From assembly GCA_046313635.1 (NCBI GenBank), contig JBKBYA010000002.1, forward strand, positions 320,001 through 384,000: a DNA stretch of 64,000 nucleotides. The letters run 5' to 3'. Within the stretch, counting starts at the first letter, position 1; each line of letters begins with the position of its first letter. The position numbers were made by a program, and so were the translations under genes. The notes beneath the pieces are model-generated. The model did not search any database. It was not told the DNA's origin and worked only from the letters and a program-made list of their open reading frames with translations. Shown one piece after another: positions 43,713 to 53,286 of the stretch. The stretch comes from Pyrinomonadaceae bacterium (GTDB lineage Bacteria > Acidobacteriota > Blastocatellia > Pyrinomonadales > Pyrinomonadaceae).

Positions 43713-44479
43713 TCCGATCGTTGAGAGACGGGTCGAATATGATATCCGGCGGCGGTCAGCCGCGAGCTGATCGCGCGGGCAAACTCGAGCGCGTTGGGAC
43801 CGTCGCCATGAATGCATACCGTGTCGGCCGTGATCGGCAGGGAGCTCCCGTCGATGGCCGTGACCGTTCCGCTTTGCAGCATTGCAGCGACCTGTGCCGC
43901 GGCGTCGTTCGTGTCGGTGATAACGGCCCGCGGCTGCGAACGCGGCGTCAGTGAGCCGTCGGGCGAATACGTCCGATCGGCAAAGACCTCCGACGCCGCG
44001 GTCAGTCCTGCCGCGGCGGCCGCCTCGATCAGCTCGCTGCCCGCCAGCCCGAAGAGGACGAGCGAGTCGTCGATCGACCTCACGGCCTCGGCGATCGCGT
44101 CCGCGGCATCACGATCGCGAGCAGCACGATTGTAAAGCGCGCCGTGCGGCTTGACGTGGCTCAGGCGCCCGCCGAGCGACTCGCAGATGCCGCGCACGGC
44201 CGCGACCTGATAGAGCACGGCGTCAAAGATCTCGCTTTGGGACAATGCCATCTCGCGCCGGCCAAACCCCTGCAGGTCCGGGTAGGACGGATGGGCGCCG
44301 ACGGCCTTGCCTTTGGCGAGCGCGATCTCCACGGTCGAGCGGATAGTCGTCGGGTCGCCGGCATGAAAGCCGCACGCGATGTTGACCGACGAGACGTGGT
44401 CCATCAATTCGCCGTCGCGGCCCATACGCCACGCGCCGTAGCTCTCGCCCATATCGCAGTTGAGATCGATAGCTCTCAT
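43709..44479 (-). CDS. pxpA: 5-oxoprolinase subunit A (LamB/YcsF)
   Basis: IDLNCDMGES, NIACGFHAGDP, HVKPHGALYN, CIHGD. Confidence 0.95.
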   Translation of the reverse strand: MRAIDLNCDMGESYGAWRMGRDGELMDHVSSVNIACGFHAGDPTTIRSTVEIALAKGKAVGAHPSYPDLQGFGRREMALSQSEIFDAVLYQVAAVRGICESLGGRLSHVKPHGALYNRAARDRDAADAIAEAVRSIDDSLVLFGLAGSELIEAAAAAGLTAASEVFADRTYSPDGSLTPRSQPRAVITDTNDAAAQVAAMLQSGTVTAIDGSSLPITADTVCIHGDGPNALEFARAISSRLTAAGYHIRPVSQRSE

Positions 44480-44495
44480 TCGGTCAAAAAGGTTA

Positions 44496-45452
44496 TCACA
44501 GACCGCCGCTGATCATCCGGCCCGTGCGCAAGAGGCGGAGCGATCGTTCAAATTCGAGCATCAGCGAGACGGCCTCGTCTTGTGAGATCAATTCAAAGCG
44601 AAGGCTCTCGCCCGGGCCTCGCTGCGCCAGCTTATGCAGATCGGCCGACGCGACGACGGCGACGCGCGGGTAGCCGCCGGTCGTCTGGTGATCGGCGCCG
44701 AGGATGATGAGCTGGCCGTCGGGCAGCAGCTGGACCGTGCCGAAGCATACGGCCGAAGAGAGCAGCTCGGAATGTTCAAGGGTGTCGAGCGATTCGCCGA
44801 TGAGTCGGCAGCCCATCCGGTCAGATTCGGGCGAGATGATAAATTCGCATTCAAAGAGCCGCTGCAGAGAGCGCGCCGAGAAGAGATGAAATTCAGGACC
44901 AGGCAGTATTCGGATCGGCCCGCCTTCGTTCAAGCCGCACATCGAAGGGCCGGCCGCGAACGTCGGAACAAAGCTCATCGACCTGCCGACGTTGAACTCC
45001 AGCCGGTCGCCCGCGAGCAAACGCCGGCCGTAAGATCCGCCCACGCCCGCCGCGAGATATGTGCTGCGGCTGCCAAGCCATTCGTCGATCGCGAAGCCGC
45101 CCGCGACGCCGAGATAGACTCGCTCGCCCGAGCGTTTGCAGGCGAATCGGAGCACCGCTCCTTTCGCGACCCCGAGCGTTTGCCAGACCGCAAGGCTCTC
45201 GCCGTCGATCCTCGCGTCAAAGTCGGCGCCGCCGAGCGCGATGACGGCGTCGGACTCAAATGCGATCTCACCGGCGGGGAAGTGCAGCTCGAGGACCGCT
45301 TCGCCGTCCGGGTTGCCGAGCAGCGCGTTCACGATCCTTACTGCGCGGGCGTCCATCGCGCCGGCCGTACCGACACCGAGCCGGTGCCAGCCGCCGCGTC
45401 CGAGGTCCTGGACGGTGGTCAGAATGCCGGCCTTGCGGATCGTTATCGCCAT
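44496..45452 (-). CDS. pxpC: 5-oxoprolinase subunit C (KipA-like)
   Basis: TTVQDLGR, SDRMG, QTTGGYP. Confidence 0.92.
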   Translation of the reverse strand: MAITIRKAGILTTVQDLGRGGWHRLGVGTAGAMDARAVRIVNALLGNPDGEAVLELHFPAGEIAFESDAVIALGGADFDARIDGESLAVWQTLGVAKGAVLRFACKRSGERVYLGVAGGFAIDEWLGSRSTYLAAGVGGSYGRRLLAGDRLEFNVGRSMSFVPTFAAGPSMCGLNEGGPIRILPGPEFHLFSARSLQRLFECEFIISPESDRMGCRLIGESLDTLEHSELLSSAVCFGTVQLLPDGQLIILGADHQTTGGYPRVAVVASADLHKLAQRGPGESLRFELISQDEAVSLMLEFERSLRLLRTGRMISGGL

Positions 45453-45461
45453 CGGTCGAAC

Positions 45462-46157
45462 CTACTCGCGCACAAATCTCACCGTGTCGCCCGGCTGCAG
45501 CAGGCTGAGCCGTTCGGCAGATGGGTCGAACATCTTCGTCGACGTGCGGCCGATCAGCTGCCAGCCGCCGGGCGACGCGAGCGGGTAAACGCCGGTCTGC
45601 CTGCCGGCGATGCCGATGCTGCCGGCCGGGACGACGGTTCTCGGCGTCGGCAGACGATCGACCGCGATGCGCTCGTCGACCTCGCCGAGATACGCGAAGC
45701 CGGGCAAAAAGCCGAGCATATAAACGTGGTAGCTGCGCGAGAGAAATATTTCGATAAAGTCCGCGGACAACAGGCCGCACATCTCCGCGGCCCGCGACAG
45801 GTCGGGCGAATATTCGCCGCCGAATCTTGCGGCGATCTCGATCGTGCGACCGGCGGCGTGGCCGGTCGCCTCGAGACCGGCGATCTTCTCGACGAGCCGC
45901 CCGCGCACAAATTCGAACGAGCTCTCGCCGCCTGCAGCCGCGTTTCGGCTGACGACTATCGGATCAAAGAATACGGTCGTCGAGGCGAATGCGGGGACCG
46001 ACTCGACATAACCGGGAAGATCTTCCGCGTCCTCGCCAAGTCGTCGGGCGAGCGAGATCGCGCGCGCATTCAGCTCGCGCGAGATGACCGTGCCAAATTC
46101 GACCACGACAGCGGCCTCGCCGAGCGGGACGATGCGGACGGGGTCGCTCTCGCTCAT
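45462..46157 (-). CDS. pxpB: 5-oxoprolinase subunit B (KipI-like)
   Basis: GFLPGFAYLG, GVYPLASPGGWQLIGRT. Confidence 0.93.
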   Translation of the reverse strand: MSESDPVRIVPLGEAAVVVEFGTVISRELNARAISLARRLGEDAEDLPGYVESVPAFASTTVFFDPIVVSRNAAAGGESSFEFVRGRLVEKIAGLEATGHAAGRTIEIAARFGGEYSPDLSRAAEMCGLLSADFIEIFLSRSYHVYMLGFLPGFAYLGEVDERIAVDRLPTPRTVVPAGSIGIAGRQTGVYPLASPGGWQLIGRTSTKMFDPSAERLSLLQPGDTVRFVRE

Positions 46158-46969
46158 CTGCGGCGCTGTTTCGGGTCGAGATACTCGCGCAGCCCGTCGC
46201 CGATAAAGTTAAAGGCGAGGACGATCAAAGCGATCGCGAGTCCGGGAAAAAAGAGCACGTGCGGCGCGTTGATGAGAATATCGAAGCCGCGGGCTTCCTC
46301 GATCATCGTGCCCCAACTCGGGGCCGGCGGCGGGATGCCGAGGCCGAGGAATGAGAGCGAAGCCTCGGACATCACGGCGCCTGCCATTCCGAGCGAGGCC
46401 TGAACGATCAGCGGCTGAACGGCGTTTGGCAGGATGTGCGTGAAAAGTATCCGCAGGTTGCCGGCGCCGAGCGCGCGGGCGGCGGTGACAAAATCGTATT
46501 CGCGTACCTTGAGCACCTGTCCGCGCATCACGCGGGCGTAGCCGACCCAGCCGATCACGCACAGAGCGAGGATGAGCTTGCCGAGGCCGGCGCCGAGAAA
46601 CGCGACGAGCGCGATCGCAAGCAGCAGGCCCGGGAACGCGAGAAATACGTTAAAGACGTAGCCTGACAAGAACCGGTCGACCCGACCGCCGTAAAACCCC
46701 GCGATCGATCCGACGATCGTGCCGATCACAGACGAGACCAAAACGACAGTTACTCCGACCTCGAGCGAGATGCGCGCGCCGTAGACGACGCGTGAAAAAA
46801 CGTCGCGGCCGAGAGCGTCCGTTCCAAACCAATGCCCGGCCGACGGCGCGGCGTATCGCGTCGCGAGGTCCTGCGCCGTCACGTCGTGGGTCGCGATCAG
46901 CGGCGCAAAGATCGCGGTGACGATGAACGTCAACGCGATCGCAATGCCGATGTATGCGAGCCTATTCAT
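46154..46969 (-). CDS. Peptide ABC transporter permease (DppC/OppC family)
   Basis: HWFGTDALGRD, ARALGA loop, SLSFLGLG..PSWG, GDGLR. Confidence 0.92.
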   Translation of the reverse strand: MNRLAYIGIAIALTFIVTAIFAPLIATHDVTAQDLATRYAAPSAGHWFGTDALGRDVFSRVVYGARISLEVGVTVVLVSSVIGTIVGSIAGFYGGRVDRFLSGYVFNVFLAFPGLLLAIALVAFLGAGLGKLILALCVIGWVGYARVMRGQVLKVREYDFVTAARALGAGNLRILFTHILPNAVQPLIVQASLGMAGAVMSEASLSFLGLGIPPPAPSWGTMIEEARGFDILINAPHVLFFPGLAIALIVLAFNFIGDGLREYLDPKQRRR

Positions 46970-47950
46970 TTACGAGAGTCTGATCCGCGGGTCGAGGCGG
47001 CTGTAGATCAGATCGGTGAGCGAATTGGCGATGATGTACGTCACGCTAATGACGAGCACGCAGCCCTGTACGAGCCGATAGTCGCGCTTGCCGATGCCGT
47101 CCTCGAGCAGCAGCAGGCCGAGGCCGGGCCATCCGAATATCTTTTCGGTGATGATCGCTCCCGCCAGCAGCACGCCGAGCTGCAGACCGAGAACGGTGAC
47201 GACCGGGATCAGACCGTTTTTCAGCACGTGCTTGTAGATCACCTTTCGCTCGCTCAGGCCTTTGGCCCGCGCCGTGCGGACGTAATCTTCGCCGAGCTCT
47301 TCGATCACGCTCGAGCGCACCATTCGCGTCAGGATCGCCGACAGCGCCGCTCCGAGCGTGACGGCGGGCAGGACGATGTCCTCGGGATTGGCGCTGCCCA
47401 TCGGCGAGAACCAACGGAGCTTTACCGCAAACAGATAGACGAGAAACGGTCCGATCACAAAGGTCGGCAGCGAGATGCCGAGCAGGGCGACGAACGACGC
47501 GAAGTTGTCGATCAGCGTATTCTTGTGCGTCCCCGCCACGACGCCGAGCGGAATGGCGATGCCGACGGCGACGATCATCGACGCAAGCGCGAGCTGGATC
47601 GTCGTCGGATATCGATCGAGGATCATTTCGAGCACCGGCCGGTCTGTGCGGAACGAGCGGCCGAGATCGCCCTGAAGCAGGCCGGCCCAGTAATCGACGT
47701 ACCGGTTGTCGACGCCGTGCCACCGGAGACCGCCGTCGTCACCGCGGCCGAAAAAGAACGCAGGCTTGTCGAGGCCGTGCCTGCGATCGAAATTCTCGAT
47801 CTGCTCCTGCGTCGCGGTCTCGCCGAGGATCGTCGTCGCGGGCGTGCCGGGCACGATCTCGATCAGCAGCGTGACGAGAGACACGACGGTCCAGATCACG
47901 AGCAGTGTCAGACCGAGCCGCCGGGCCAGTTTTAGGAGACGATTTTTCAT
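46970..47950 (-). CDS. Peptide ABC transporter permease (DppB/OppB family)
   Basis: GDLGRS, DYVRTARAKGL, EKIFGWPGLG, LDPRIR. Confidence 0.92.
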   Translation of the reverse strand: MKNRLLKLARRLGLTLLVIWTVVSLVTLLIEIVPGTPATTILGETATQEQIENFDRRHGLDKPAFFFGRGDDGGLRWHGVDNRYVDYWAGLLQGDLGRSFRTDRPVLEMILDRYPTTIQLALASMIVAVGIAIPLGVVAGTHKNTLIDNFASFVALLGISLPTFVIGPFLVYLFAVKLRWFSPMGSANPEDIVLPAVTLGAALSAILTRMVRSSVIEELGEDYVRTARAKGLSERKVIYKHVLKNGLIPVVTVLGLQLGVLLAGAIITEKIFGWPGLGLLLLEDGIGKRDYRLVQGCVLVISVTYIIANSLTDLIYSRLDPRIRLS

Positions 47951-47997
47951 CAAAACCAGCAAAAGTTTAGCGTCTCGGCCCGCTGGCGACAAAACGG

Positions 47998-48729
47998 TCA
48001 GACCTTTGTGCCGGTGTGGATCGCGGCGATGCCGCCGGTGAGGTTTGTGTATTCGACCGCGGTGAAGCCGGTCTCGCTCATCATCGCGGCGAGCTCTTGC
48101 TGGCTGGGGAATTTGGCGACCGAACGGGGAAGGTACTCGTACGCTCCGCGCGAGCCGCTGACGATGCCGCCGATGCGGGGCAGTATCTGCGTGAAGTAAA
48201 GATCGAAGACCTGGCGAAAGCCCGGCACGACCGGACTCGAAAATTCGAGTACGACGAGCCTGCCGCCGGGCTTGATCACGCGGTGGAGCTCTCGGAGGCC
48301 GTTGGCGAAATTGGGCAGGTTCCTGAGCCCGAAAGCGATCGTCACCGCGTCAAACGTCCCGTCGGCAAACCCGAGCTGCATCGCATCGGCCTCGACAAAT
48401 GGGACGCGCGGGCCGGCGGCCTCCGCCTTCTCGGCGGCGACGGCGAGCATCGGGCGGCAAAAGTCTGTGCCGATCACGCGTGCCTTTGCGCCGGTCTGCA
48501 ATTCGAACGAGAGATCGCCGGTCCCGCATGCGACGTCGAGAACGAGCGCCCTCGGGTCGTCGAGCACGTCGGCCAGCCGGCGGCGGACCTTGCGGCGCCA
48601 AGACCTGTCGATGTTGAGCGAGAGGAAGTGATTCAGGAGATCGTAGCGGCCCGCGATGCCCGCAAACATCTCGCGTACGGCCCGCGAATGCGCGGCCTCG
48701 TTGGCTGCGGCGTTGTCGGTGGTCTGCAC
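47998..48729 (-). CDS. menG: Demethylmenaquinone methyltransferase (UbiE/MenG)
   Basis: MFAGIAGRYDLLN, LDVACGTGD, IAFGLRN, YEYLPRSV; GTG start inferred. Confidence 0.92.
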   Translation of the reverse strand: MQTTDNAAANEAAHSRAVREMFAGIAGRYDLLNHFLSLNIDRSWRRKVRRRLADVLDDPRALVLDVACGTGDLSFELQTGAKARVIGTDFCRPMLAVAAEKAEAAGPRVPFVEADAMQLGFADGTFDAVTIAFGLRNLPNFANGLRELHRVIKPGGRLVVLEFSSPVVPGFRQVFDLYFTQILPRIGGIVSGSRGAYEYLPRSVAKFPSQQELAAMMSETGFTAVEYTNLTGGIAAIHTGTKV

Positions 48730-48731
48730 GG

Positions 48732-50015
48732 CTATTCCTGCCCCTTTGCCTGTGCGGTCACGACGACGGCCGCCGACGGCAGTTTCTGAATTCGATCTAT
48801 CGCCGCCTGTACATCGGCGAGCGTGGTCGCGGCGAAGCGGGCATTCTCGCGTTCGATCGCGTCGAGCTTGTATGTGTCGATATCGAGCCAGCGGTCGGCG
48901 AGCGGAAGGCCGTTCCACGCTTCAAGGAATGCGGCTTTGGCCGACTGGAACTCGGCGTCCGCAACGGGAGCCCGCAGCGCCCGAGAGATCAGCTCCGACG
49001 CTTCTAACTTGTTGCCCGTCGCCGCGCGCGTGCCGCCAAATCCGATGATCAGCGTTCCCGGTAACGTATGCGGCCGGTGAGCGACTCGAACGCTCTCTCG
49101 AAACTCGGCCGGCACCTGCGACCGCAGACGCGACTCGAGAATGCGTGCCGCGATCTCGACGGCCGCGAGATCGGTACTGGAGCGGGCCGTGCCGCGCATC
49201 GCGATGCGGACCTCAAAGGCGTCAGCCGACGGCGAGTCGACAGATTCCACGCCGCCCTCTGGATCGTCGGGCTGACGGAATGTCGAGGGAGCGAGCTTGT
49301 CGGCCTTGAGCCACGAGCCAAAGCTGCGGCGCACCGCGCGGAAAGCAAACGTCCGATCGAACCTGCCCGCCAAAACAAGCGTCGCGTTGTCGGCCGCGAG
49401 GAATCGCTGCCGCGCCTCGATCAGATCGGCGAAGTCGATCTTTTGCAGCGAAGCGGCGGTGCCCGCCGCCGGCCGGCCGTACGGGAAAGTGCCCAGCAGA
49501 CGCTTTGCCGCGGCCGCGTCGGCGACGGCCGCCGCATCCTTTGACGAGCGTTCGACCTCGGCCAGCAGCTCGCTCTTGAGGCGTGCGGTCGTTTCTCTGT
49601 CGATCGCCGGATTGGTGACCGCGTTCGCGACCGTCTCGATCAGCGAAAGCAGATTTTCGGGCGTTGACGACGCGTTGATCTGTATGAAGTCGTAACCGGT
49701 GACGACCTCGAGGTCGCCGCCCAGATCTTCTTTGAAATACTCGCGGGCGACCTCGGTCGGGAAGATGTTTGCCGCGAGCAGACGCATCACGCCTTCCTTG
49801 CCCTGCGGGTCGAATGCCGATCCCGAATGGATACGAAGCCGCAGTTCGACGCGCGGCGATCTTTGGTCCGCGAGCATTACGACCTTGAGGCCGTTGAGCA
49901 GTTTCTCCTGCTTCGCGGTCGCCTGCGGAAAGAGTGCGGGAGCAGCGAGCGAGAGGAGCAGCAGTCCGATCCCGGCCGCGAGCAGTATCTTGGTGACAGT
50001 ATTTCGGATTTTCAT
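48732..50015 (-). CDS. M16 (insulinase) family protein lacking HXXEH, probable non-catalytic subunit
   Basis: Signal peptide; LLNGLKV, GSAFDPQGKEG, PYGRP; RLLAA in place of HXXEH. Confidence 0.8.
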   Translation of the reverse strand: MKIRNTVTKILLAAGIGLLLLSLAAPALFPQATAKQEKLLNGLKVVMLADQRSPRVELRLRIHSGSAFDPQGKEGVMRLLAANIFPTEVAREYFKEDLGGDLEVVTGYDFIQINASSTPENLLSLIETVANAVTNPAIDRETTARLKSELLAEVERSSKDAAAVADAAAAKRLLGTFPYGRPAAGTAASLQKIDFADLIEARQRFLAADNATLVLAGRFDRTFAFRAVRRSFGSWLKADKLAPSTFRQPDDPEGGVESVDSPSADAFEVRIAMRGTARSSTDLAAVEIAARILESRLRSQVPAEFRESVRVAHRPHTLPGTLIIGFGGTRAATGNKLEASELISRALRAPVADAEFQSAKAAFLEAWNGLPLADRWLDIDTYKLDAIERENARFAATTLADVQAAIDRIQKLPSAAVVVTAQAKGQE

Positions 50016-50299
50016 TTGATCAGCGGTCAGAGAGCGATACAGGTTTCGGACGGTTAGTTGCAGCAACCGGGTTAAATGTTGTCGCTGCAATGGGTCAGCA
50101 TCGCGGGTTTACCAAAATTTTAGAGGCCTGCGGGCATCTCGGTCAAACACGTCCGGCATCTATCAAGAGTGTTCGCAGCCGACCTTGTCCGCACCGGCGG
50201 GAAAGCATTGAGAGACCTTAACATCCGATAGAATCGAGATATAATCAGGTTAGGTTTGGTCGTCCTGGATTTTAGGTTCAGACAAAACGAGGCTCAGAG

Positions 50300-51583
50300 A
50301 TGGGAAAGATAGTTAAGTATTGCGAATCTTGCGAAGAGGGATTCGCCGAGAAATTCACCTTCTGCCCGGATTGCGGCGGCCAGCTTCAGGCGTTCGAGAT
50401 GAAGCCGGTCACCGACGGCGGAGAGCCGGAGATCGTCGCGGTCTCACAGCCGCAGACGGCCGACGCTGCGGAGGAGGTGCCGGCGGCGGTCGTCGAGGAG
50501 TTTCGTGTCGAGGACGATTCGCCCGCGGAGGTCTCGTACGAGGAGGAGATCGTCGCCGAATACGACGACCTGGACTTGCACGAGACGAAGAACGAGATCT
50601 CATACTTTGACCGGCCGGCCGCGGCGTCGTCTCACGTTGGGAATGTCTTTACGGCCAGGGCAAAGACGGACGTTGACGATGACGGCTATCACGTCACCGT
50701 CATCGAAGAGAAGAATGTCGGCCAGCGCAACGGGCTGCTGCTCGGAGCGACGGTCTTTATGATCCTCTTTGTGATGTCGGCGACGGTTTACTCGCTCTTC
50801 AGCAAGGACCTCGGCCTGAGCGCCATCGGCGACGACGACGCGATGATCGCTTATCTCGGCGTTACCGAGCCGATGGCGGTCGAAGAAGAAAAAGAGCAAA
50901 AGAAGAAAGACGATGCCGGCGGCGGCGGCGGCGGCGGTAAGAACGAAAAAGATCCGGTCAACCAGGGCGATCTCGCCAACCAGACCAAGAACCCCGTCCG
51001 CCCACCGGACGTCAACACGTATCGCAGCGATAACTTTGAGCTAAAAACACCGACGCCATCGACCGAGGGCAACAAGAAATTTGAGCAGATCTACGGCGTT
51101 TACGGCGATCCGAATTCGCGCTTCGGCAAGCTGTCCAACGGTCCCGGTTCGGGCGGCGGTATCGGCACGGGCGCCGGCACCGGTCAAGGCAGCGGCAGCG
51201 GCACGGGAACGGGCAGCGGCTCAGGATCGGGATACGGCGACGGTGACGGCGACGGCAACGGCAACGGTCGCGGCTCGGGTACGGCCGGCGGGCCTCCGCC
51301 TCCGCCGACCGGCGTGACCTCGCCGCTCGTCATCACATACAAGGCCCGGGCGAACTACACCGACCCGGCTCGGCAAAATAACGTCCAAGGCGTCGTCCGC
51401 CTTCGCGTGACCTTTAATGCTAACGGTACGATCGGTTCGATCTCGCCGGTGAGCACTTTGCCGTACGGATTGACTGAACAGGCCATCGCCGCGGCGCGGC
51501 AGATGAAGTTTGAGCCCAAGAAGGTAAACGGCGTTCCGGTCTCGAGCACGAAGGTCGTCGAGTTCTCGTTCGCGATCTATTGA
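50300..51583 (+). CDS. TonB family protein with N-terminal zinc ribbon and Gly-rich linker
   Basis: CESC/CPDC; TM helix; Gly/Ser tract; YTDPARQNNVQGVVRL..FEP TonB C-domain. Confidence 0.85.
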   Translation: MGKIVKYCESCEEGFAEKFTFCPDCGGQLQAFEMKPVTDGGEPEIVAVSQPQTADAAEEVPAAVVEEFRVEDDSPAEVSYEEEIVAEYDDLDLHETKNEISYFDRPAAASSHVGNVFTARAKTDVDDDGYHVTVIEEKNVGQRNGLLLGATVFMILFVMSATVYSLFSKDLGLSAIGDDDAMIAYLGVTEPMAVEEEKEQKKKDDAGGGGGGGKNEKDPVNQGDLANQTKNPVRPPDVNTYRSDNFELKTPTPSTEGNKKFEQIYGVYGDPNSRFGKLSNGPGSGGGIGTGAGTGQGSGSGTGTGSGSGSGYGDGDGDGNGNGRGSGTAGGPPPPPTGVTSPLVITYKARANYTDPARQNNVQGVVRLRVTFNANGTIGSISPVSTLPYGLTEQAIAAARQMKFEPKKVNGVPVSSTKVVEFSFAIY

Positions 51584-51609
51584 CCGCTTGGTTCGATAGC
51601 AAAATTAAG

Positions 51610-51639
51610 AGAGGCTGTCTGAAAAGGCGGCCTCTTTTT
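51610..51639 (+). terminator. Terminator, member of a repeated AGAGGCYGTCTGAAAAGGCGGCCTCT hairpin family
   Basis: Stem with GAAA loop plus T-run; near-copies at 60324 and 60471. Confidence 0.8.
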
Positions 51640-51660
51640 ATCGCTGCTTTTTGTTTTTGT

Positions 51661-51805
51661 GCCTCGCCGTTCACGGCGGGGTCGAATCTAACTCAAAATT
51701 ACGAAAGGGCGTTTTAACGCCCTTCGATTCTTTGGTTTTGTAAGCCCGTTAAATTGGGTTGCGGGTTGTCCGGTCGCCGACCACGCCCTAAAGGGTCGTG
51801 GCTTA
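51661..51805. repeat. REP/REPIN-like composite palindromic element
   Basis: Terminal hairpins CCTCGCCGT-TC-ACGGCGGGG and CCACGCCCTAAAGGGTCGTGG flanking two internal palindromes. Confidence 0.6.
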
Positions 51806-51869
51806 TGCTAAGGATCGAGCCTGCTAGTTCATTAGCCGAGACCTCCGTCGCGTTGACTGGCGGCGGCGC

Positions 51870-52259
51870 TCAGATCATATCGCGGCCGCCTTTGGAATTC
51901 TCGTCCAGCTCGTACCGGTCGCGGTCACGCTTTTCGATCTTTTCGAGCAGGTCGAGCGGCTCGTTGTCCTGAAAGTCGATGCCCATCGCATGAGCGTTCT
52001 CCTCGACAACCGACTGGTCAGGCGTCGGATTGTGGCCGCCGACGGCCTCGGCGCCGCTGTCGTTGACCTCCTCCCACTCGGCGTCGATGTCACCGCCCGA
52101 GTCGGCCGGCGATGCGGCGTGATTGGCGTTGAGCCGCTCGAGCAGCTCCTGCGGAGCTTTGGGAGCTCGGTTGACCTCCTCCTCAAAGAACTCCTGAAAC
52201 TCCTCGCTCTGCACCGGTTCGTTCTCGTAAAACTCCAAAGGCTTGCTGCTGTTGACCAT
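51870..52259 (-). CDS. Acidic DUF6335-like protein
   Basis: GGDIDAEWE..EAVGGHNPTPDQ; AGGAGG RBS. Confidence 0.75.
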   Translation of the reverse strand: MVNSSKPLEFYENEPVQSEEFQEFFEEEVNRAPKAPQELLERLNANHAASPADSGGDIDAEWEEVNDSGAEAVGGHNPTPDQSVVEENAHAMGIDFQDNEPLDLLEKIEKRDRDRYELDENSKGGRDMI

Positions 52260-52332
52260 CATTTCCTCCTTGCAACGTTTGCCCCGGGTCAGCTCGGCTA
52301 AAAACCGCGGCACCCGACAAACCCATTCGTGA

Positions 52333-52608
52333 TCAGATAAAGACGACCGACTGCGACGTCGGGATCTCAAATCTCTTGCGGCAGCGCATATTGCGGCACG
52401 CGAGCACGTCGTCGACGCGGACCATGTAGTCGCGCGACTTTTGAAATCGAGCGCGGTCCTGCTCGCTCAGCCGCCGCGGCTCCTGCTTCTTTTTTGTCCG
52501 CGTGATCCACCGAACGTCGTACTCGGCGCGCTCGCGGCAGAATGGGCATGTGAATGTCGCCTTCTTGATCTCGCTGCGTTCGTCAAAAATATCGCGTTCG
52601 TGGAGCAT
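52333..52608 (-). CDS. Small basic zinc-binding hypothetical protein
   Basis: CPFC and CRNMRC motifs. Confidence 0.7.
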   Translation of the reverse strand: MLHERDIFDERSEIKKATFTCPFCRERAEYDVRWITRTKKKQEPRRLSEQDRARFQKSRDYMVRVDDVLACRNMRCRKRFEIPTSQSVVFI

Positions 52609-52666
52609 GCCCGTATTGTAGCGTTTTTGAAGCGTCGGATGATAGCCTCGCGGCCGCTGGCGGGCG

Positions 52667-52957
52667 TCAGGCAAGCTGCTTTAGGTATGCAAAACTGAAA
52701 ATGCCGGTCTCGTGACCGTCCGAGAAGTGAAAGTTGAGCGCGTAGCGGCCGACGATCGCCGTCCGCTCGATCGAGATGTCCCGCGGGATGCTCGTGTCGT
52801 CGAGCATCTTTTCGCCGGTCCACTCGTTGATGCAGCCGGCGCACGGGCACGAGCGGCGAAGCTCGAAGGCGTTGTAACGCGACTCGGCGCCGTCCGACCA
52901 GACGATGGTCATTTCGCGATCGTTCTCTTCGATTATCTGCGCGGGCTGGGCGTTCAT
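52667..52957 (-). CDS. DUF971 (GBBH-like N-terminal) domain protein
   Basis: WSDG, LRRSCPCAGC, VGRYAL.F.FSDGHETGIF. Confidence 0.9.
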   Translation of the reverse strand: MNAQPAQIIEENDREMTIVWSDGAESRYNAFELRRSCPCAGCINEWTGEKMLDDTSIPRDISIERTAIVGRYALNFHFSDGHETGIFSFAYLKQLA

Positions 52958-53286
52958 TATGCGAGGCGAGAGGCGATATCGTCGGCGGTTATGTCAAAGT
53001 GCGATGCGTGGTAAACGACCTCGCCGTTGTGCAGGATGATCGCCTGCGGCGACTCGTGACGGATGCCCGTGCGGCGCTCGATCTCGCGCGAGATCTCGCG
53101 GTCGTCCTGCACGATGACGACGTTGAGCGGAGCGTCCGATCCCGAAACGTCGCGAAAGACGCTCGCGCTGATGCCGCACGTTACGCTGTGCTTGAAGAGC
53201 AGCACCGGATGAGTGCGTGAGTTGCTGATCGCCTGCTCGAGCTTTTCGATCGTGTCGAGGCGATTCATATTTGCGGGGATCGTCAT
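52957..53286 (-). CDS. ytxJ: YtxJ-family monothiol thioredoxin-like protein
   Basis: FKHSVTCGIS, IRHESPQ, HASH. Confidence 0.85.
   Translation of the reverse strand: MTIPANMNRLDTIEKLEQAISNSRTHPVLLFKHSVTCGISASVFRDVSGSDAPLNVVIVQDDREISREIERRTGIRHESPQAIILHNGEVVYHASHFDITADDIASRLA

Noticed and set aside
50160..50231. SAM-I riboswitch-like ends (CTATCAAGAG...GATAG)
   Set aside because: Lacks the GAGGGA kink-turn/pseudoknot, GCAAC and GGTGC core; the downstream gene (TonB) is unrelated to sulfur metabolism
51140..51300. GGC-rich repeat as a separate DNA element
   Set aside because: Explained by the Gly/Ser linker coding sequence of the TonB protein
51610..51639. Neisseria-type DNA uptake sequence (resembles GCCGTCTGAA)
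   Set aside because: Inexact match, only three copies in 64 kb, and the TGAA falls at the hairpin loop rather than forming paired uptake sequences
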